Assembly: GCA_919902495.1 (NCBI GenBank)
Contig: CAKKRC010000018.1
Span: forward strand, 580 to 64,579
DNA from: Nitrospiria bacterium
Lineage (GTDB): Bacteria; Nitrospirota; UBA9217
Reading direction: 5' to 3'
DNA length: 64,000 nt
Position 1 is the stretch's first letter. Every line of letters begins with the position of its first letter. The notes beneath the pieces were generated by a model that was not told where the DNA came from, did not search any database, and saw only the letters and a program-made list of their open reading frames with translations. Position numbers and translations under genes: made by a program. Shown piece by piece: positions 59,214 through 64,000 of this stretch.

Positions 59214-59608
59214 CTGTCGATGAAAAAAGACACGAGCTTGCGCAATATCGCCTCAAGCAGGCTGCGGAAAGCCTGGAAGAAGCTGAGTTCCTCATGTCCG
59301 GAAAAATGAGTCCCCGCTCCATCATCAACAGAGCGTACTATGCCATGTTCTACGCCGTGTTGGCCCTTCTTGTCAATGAGCCGTATGCTTCCTCAAAGCA
59401 TACCGGTGTTCTTGCCTACTTCAACAAAAACTTCATTAAAAGCGGCCTTCTCCCTGAAGCGCTCGGGCGATCCCTTAACAAGGCTTTTGAGTTAAGACAA
59501 CGCGGCGACTACAGGGAATATATCGAGATGACGCACGAGCAGGTCGCGCCGTTTATCGGCGAGGCCCGGAGCTTTATAGCTGCGGTACGGGCTCACCTCG
59601 ATAAATAG
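59210..59608 (+). CDS. HEPN-domain toxin
   Basis: HEPN R-x4-6-H-type motif region (RQRGDYREY). TTG start overlaps the MNT stop. 132 aa. Confidence 0.65.
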   Translation: MTVDEKRHELAQYRLKQAAESLEEAEFLMSGKMSPRSIINRAYYAMFYAVLALLVNEPYASSKHTGVLAYFNKNFIKSGLLPEALGRSLNKAFELRQRGDYREYIEMTHEQVAPFIGEARSFIAAVRAHLDK

Positions 59609-59652
59609 ATAAATAGCTTGCGATCCCAACGAGATACTATAGTAGGCCCCTG

Positions 59653-61350
<1,698 letters not shown>

Positions 61351-61357
61351 GAAGAAC

Positions 61358-62383
61358 ATGAAAGCCCTCTATTACGACGAGCTCAAGGGGTATCAAGGCA
61401 TCAAGGTCGGCGAGTTCCCCATGCCCGAGATCACGGACAACGAGGTGCTGGTCCGGGTCAAGGCATTTTCCCTGAACCACCTCGATGTATGGGTCATGAA
61501 CGGCACCTATCCCGGAAAGATACCCCTGCCGCATATTTTCGGCTCCGACGCGTCAGGCGTTGTGGAGAAGGCAGGAAAGCATGTGAGCCACGTTGTCCCC
61601 GGCGCCGAGGTGATCGTCTTTCCCGGCCTGTCCTGCGGTCATTGCGGCCGGTGCCTTGCCGGCCGTGACAACGAATGCAGCGAATTCAATGTTCTCGGTG
61701 TGGTCACCCCCGGCGTCTCGGCCGAGTACGTAAAGGTCCCGTCTGCGAATGTCTTCATAAAGCCCGCGGGGATATCCTTCGAGGAGGCGGCAGGCATCGG
61801 CATTACCTACACGACGGCGTGGAACTCACTGGTGCTGCGCGCCAATATTCAGTACGGCGATACGGTCCTGGTCCATGGTGCGGGGAGCGGGGCCGGCACG
61901 GCGGTGATCCAGGTGGCAAAGCTCTTCAGTGCCACGATCATCACTACGGTCGGCGATGACGGGAAGATGCAAAAGGCGCGGGACCTCGGCGCCGATCTCG
62001 TCATCAATCATCGGAGCGAGGATTTCGTCGCGGCGGTGAAGCGGTTCACCGCGGGCGAACTCGCCGACATCGCCGTGGACCATGTCGGCGCCGACACCTT
62101 CAGCCGATCGCTTGCCGCGGTGAAGCGCGGCGGAAGGGTCGTCACCTTCGGCGCCACGAGCGGCGACGAGGCGCCCATCTCCCTCCGGCAGGTGTTCGGC
62201 AAGAACCTCACTATCCACGGCGTGTACGTGGGCCCCAAGGCCGCGGTTGTTCAGTATCTCCGGCTCTTTCCCCGGAAGCTCAGGACCGTCGTGGACTCGG
62301 TGTTCTCTTTCGAGGACGCCCCCAAGGCCTACGAAAAACTCCTGTCCCGCCAGTTCTTCGGCAAGATCATCGTGCGCGTCTGA
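61358..62383 (+). CDS. zinc-type MDR alcohol dehydrogenase / quinone-oxidoreductase-family protein
   Basis: GHCGRC structural-zinc-like motif. Rossmann GAGSGAGTA. Confidence 0.75.
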   Translation: MKALYYDELKGYQGIKVGEFPMPEITDNEVLVRVKAFSLNHLDVWVMNGTYPGKIPLPHIFGSDASGVVEKAGKHVSHVVPGAEVIVFPGLSCGHCGRCLAGRDNECSEFNVLGVVTPGVSAEYVKVPSANVFIKPAGISFEEAAGIGITYTTAWNSLVLRANIQYGDTVLVHGAGSGAGTAVIQVAKLFSATIITTVGDDGKMQKARDLGADLVINHRSEDFVAAVKRFTAGELADIAVDHVGADTFSRSLAAVKRGGRVVTFGATSGDEAPISLRQVFGKNLTIHGVYVGPKAAVVQYLRLFPRKLRTVVDSVFSFEDAPKAYEKLLSRQFFGKIIVRV

Positions 62384-62453
62384 TAAGCGACGGAAAACGC
62401 CTTGCCGGTCCCGCCCGGATATGCAATACTATGTCTGCGGTTGAAGGGAAACC

Positions 62454-63761
62454 ATGACAAGGATCGTTGACCACATAAAGACCTCGCTCCGCCTCCGCAT
62501 GACCCTCGGCATGGGCGTCATGCTGCTGCCGCTCATCATCCTTGGCGTCGGTAGTTTCGTCGCATCGCAAAGCATGATCAACGCGCTGGAACAGGTGGTC
62601 CGGACGGAAGCCGAAGAGCTGCGGCCCGTCACCGAGCTGCAGAAGTTGATCCTGCAGGCGGGGATGCCGCCCAACGACTACATCATCCTGGGCGACCGCT
62701 CCGAGCGGGTGCTGTTCGGCTATCTCGTGCGCGAGATCGACGCGCGGTTCAAGTCCCTGAGCGCACCCGCGGCCTTCGGAGAAGAGAAGGAACGCAAGTT
62801 TATCGAGGCGGCGGGCGCGGAATGGGAAAAGGCAAGGATTATGGGCATGGGGATCCTTGCCATTCCCCATCCCGGGGGAAACGCGACCGCGGCGTCGCGC
62901 ATGAAGGTCTTCGACGCCCACATCGGCCACGCCAGCGACATCCTGAACCTGCTGTACGACGAGGTGCTGCATGAGATCGACAAGCAGCGGGCCCACGCGC
63001 GGTCGGTGCAATGGAATGAGACGGTGTTCCTCATCGCCGTTTTCACCGGCGCCCTGGTCGTCGCCCTGGTCGCCGGGTTCCTCCTGTCCCGCTCCATCAT
63101 CCTTCCCATCCGGGCGCTGCAGGACGGCGTGTTCCGTTTCGGCCAGGGCGATAACTCCTTCCGGGTGGTCTTGGATCGGAATGACGAGTTCGGTCGGCTG
63201 GCCAAGACCCTGAACTCCATGGCGGAGCGGCTGGAATACGACGGCCTCACGGGCGTGTACAACCGGCAGGAGTTCCACCGCAAGCTCAAGAACGAGCTCG
63301 ACCGCTCGCTCCGCTATGGCCACACCTGCACCCTCCTCATGGTTGATCTCGACCACTTCAAACAGGTGAACGACACCTACGGCCATCTATGCGGCGACGA
63401 TGCCCTGCGTGCCGTGACCATGCGGCTGCTCAAGGACGTCCGCAACTTCGACAGCGTGGCCCGGTACGGCGGCGAAGAGCTCGTGATCATCATGCCGGAG
63501 ACCGGCACCGCCGGGGCGCGGGCGGTCGCCGAGCGGATCCGCGAGTCCGTATCAACGCGGCCGATCACGACAACCCGCGGCGCTATTCTGGACCTCACGA
63601 TCAGCATCGGCATGGCGGCTTTTCCCGCGGACGCGCGGTCCGAGGACGACCTCATCGCTGCCGCGGACCAGGCCCTCTACACCGCCAAGCAGCAGGGGCG
63701 CAACCGGGTGGTCGCCTTCGAGCCCGGCATGGATGCCGTGCGGCGAAAGGGCGAACCGTAA
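62454..63761 (+). CDS. membrane sensor diguanylate cyclase (2 TM, HAMP, GGDEF)
   Basis: GGEEL active site (RYGGEELVIIMPET). I-site RxxD upstream. HAMP after TM2. Confidence 0.85.
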   Translation: MTRIVDHIKTSLRLRMTLGMGVMLLPLIILGVGSFVASQSMINALEQVVRTEAEELRPVTELQKLILQAGMPPNDYIILGDRSERVLFGYLVREIDARFKSLSAPAAFGEEKERKFIEAAGAEWEKARIMGMGILAIPHPGGNATAASRMKVFDAHIGHASDILNLLYDEVLHEIDKQRAHARSVQWNETVFLIAVFTGALVVALVAGFLLSRSIILPIRALQDGVFRFGQGDNSFRVVLDRNDEFGRLAKTLNSMAERLEYDGLTGVYNRQEFHRKLKNELDRSLRYGHTCTLLMVDLDHFKQVNDTYGHLCGDDALRAVTMRLLKDVRNFDSVARYGGEELVIIMPETGTAGARAVAERIRESVSTRPITTTRGAILDLTISIGMAAFPADARSEDDLIAAADQALYTAKQQGRNRVVAFEPGMDAVRRKGEP

Positions 63762-63905
63762 CCGGCCCTTTCTGCTATGCCTGCCCGCTACCTGAACCGT
63801 CAATAGGATCTTCCTGCTAATTACCTTGCAGACCCGGCATGTTTATGAAATAATTTGACCATACGGTCTGACGCAGCTGTCCGACATCTCCGCACGGAGG
63901 TCCTC

Positions 63906-64000
63906 ATGAAGGAATCGGATCTGAGCAAATATCGCTATCGGCACCACGGCCTGGACAAGGAGTCCTTCAAAAAGTCCATCGTCAACCTCCTGGTCTATTC
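63906..64000 (+). CDS. 5' fragment of a gene, possibly alpha-glucan/glycogen-phosphorylase-like (runs off window)
   Basis: MKESDLSKYRYRHHGLDKESFKKSIVNLLVY resembles phosphorylase N-termini. Only 31 codons are visible. Confidence 0.3.
   Translation, partial: MKESDLSKYRYRHHGLDKESFKKSIVNLLVY

Overview
A 64-kb, high-GC segment of a bacterial chromosome, with gene content that resembles Deltaproteobacteria or a similar group. That placement is inference only. It is mostly core genes with several accessory insertions. The left edge holds the N-terminal 229 codons of an IS110-family transposase on the minus strand, running off the window. Core genes follow: mfd, three SurA/parvulin-type chaperone genes around a convergent CapA-family gene, and rlmI. 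Next is tRNA-Val(CAC) with a ~1-kb vapBC toxin-antitoxin islet, bounded by a 36-nt direct repeat of the tRNA 3' end. After that come a lipoprotein gene, a HAMP/class-III nucleotidyl cyclase fused to a C-terminal PilZ domain, a DksA/TraR-family gene, a GAF-HD-GYP phosphodiesterase, an Smr protein, an LTA-synthase-like sulfatase, ndk, eukaryotic-type icd and a VKOR-thioredoxin fusion. A ~11-kb chemosensory cluster comes next: a histidine kinase, cheD, a REC-DUF4388 regulator, cheY, cheW, an MCP, a cheA-REC hybrid, two more cheW genes and a REC protein with a Pro-rich tail. No cheB or cheR is present. The middle of the window carries valS, nadC, birA, coaX, a REC/GalT-like two-gene operon, an AbfB-repeat secreted protein, a SET-domain protein, a 645-aa aconitase, bfr, uspA, ilvE, tRNA-Leu(GAG), an SH3/NlpC-P60-like protein and comM (yifB). 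Directly after comM lies a ~8.5-kb accessory island. It encodes a 2458-aa teneurin-like Rhs polymorphic toxin with an NHL propeller, YD shell, Rhs core and a low-GC, unclassifiable 108-aa C-terminal tip. A low-GC 4-TM immunity candidate overlaps the toxin stop, followed by a 16-nt tandem repeat and an XRE regulator. The island ends in a near-identical 484-bp duplicate of the comM 3' end, then a HEPN/MNT toxin-antitoxin pair. The right end carries RNase J, an MDR alcohol dehydrogenase, a GGDEF cyclase and a partial glycogen-phosphorylase-like start. Several structured intergenic elements are noted: a CAGAC pentamer array, an AT-rich 130-nt palindrome, and a 24-nt motif present twice.
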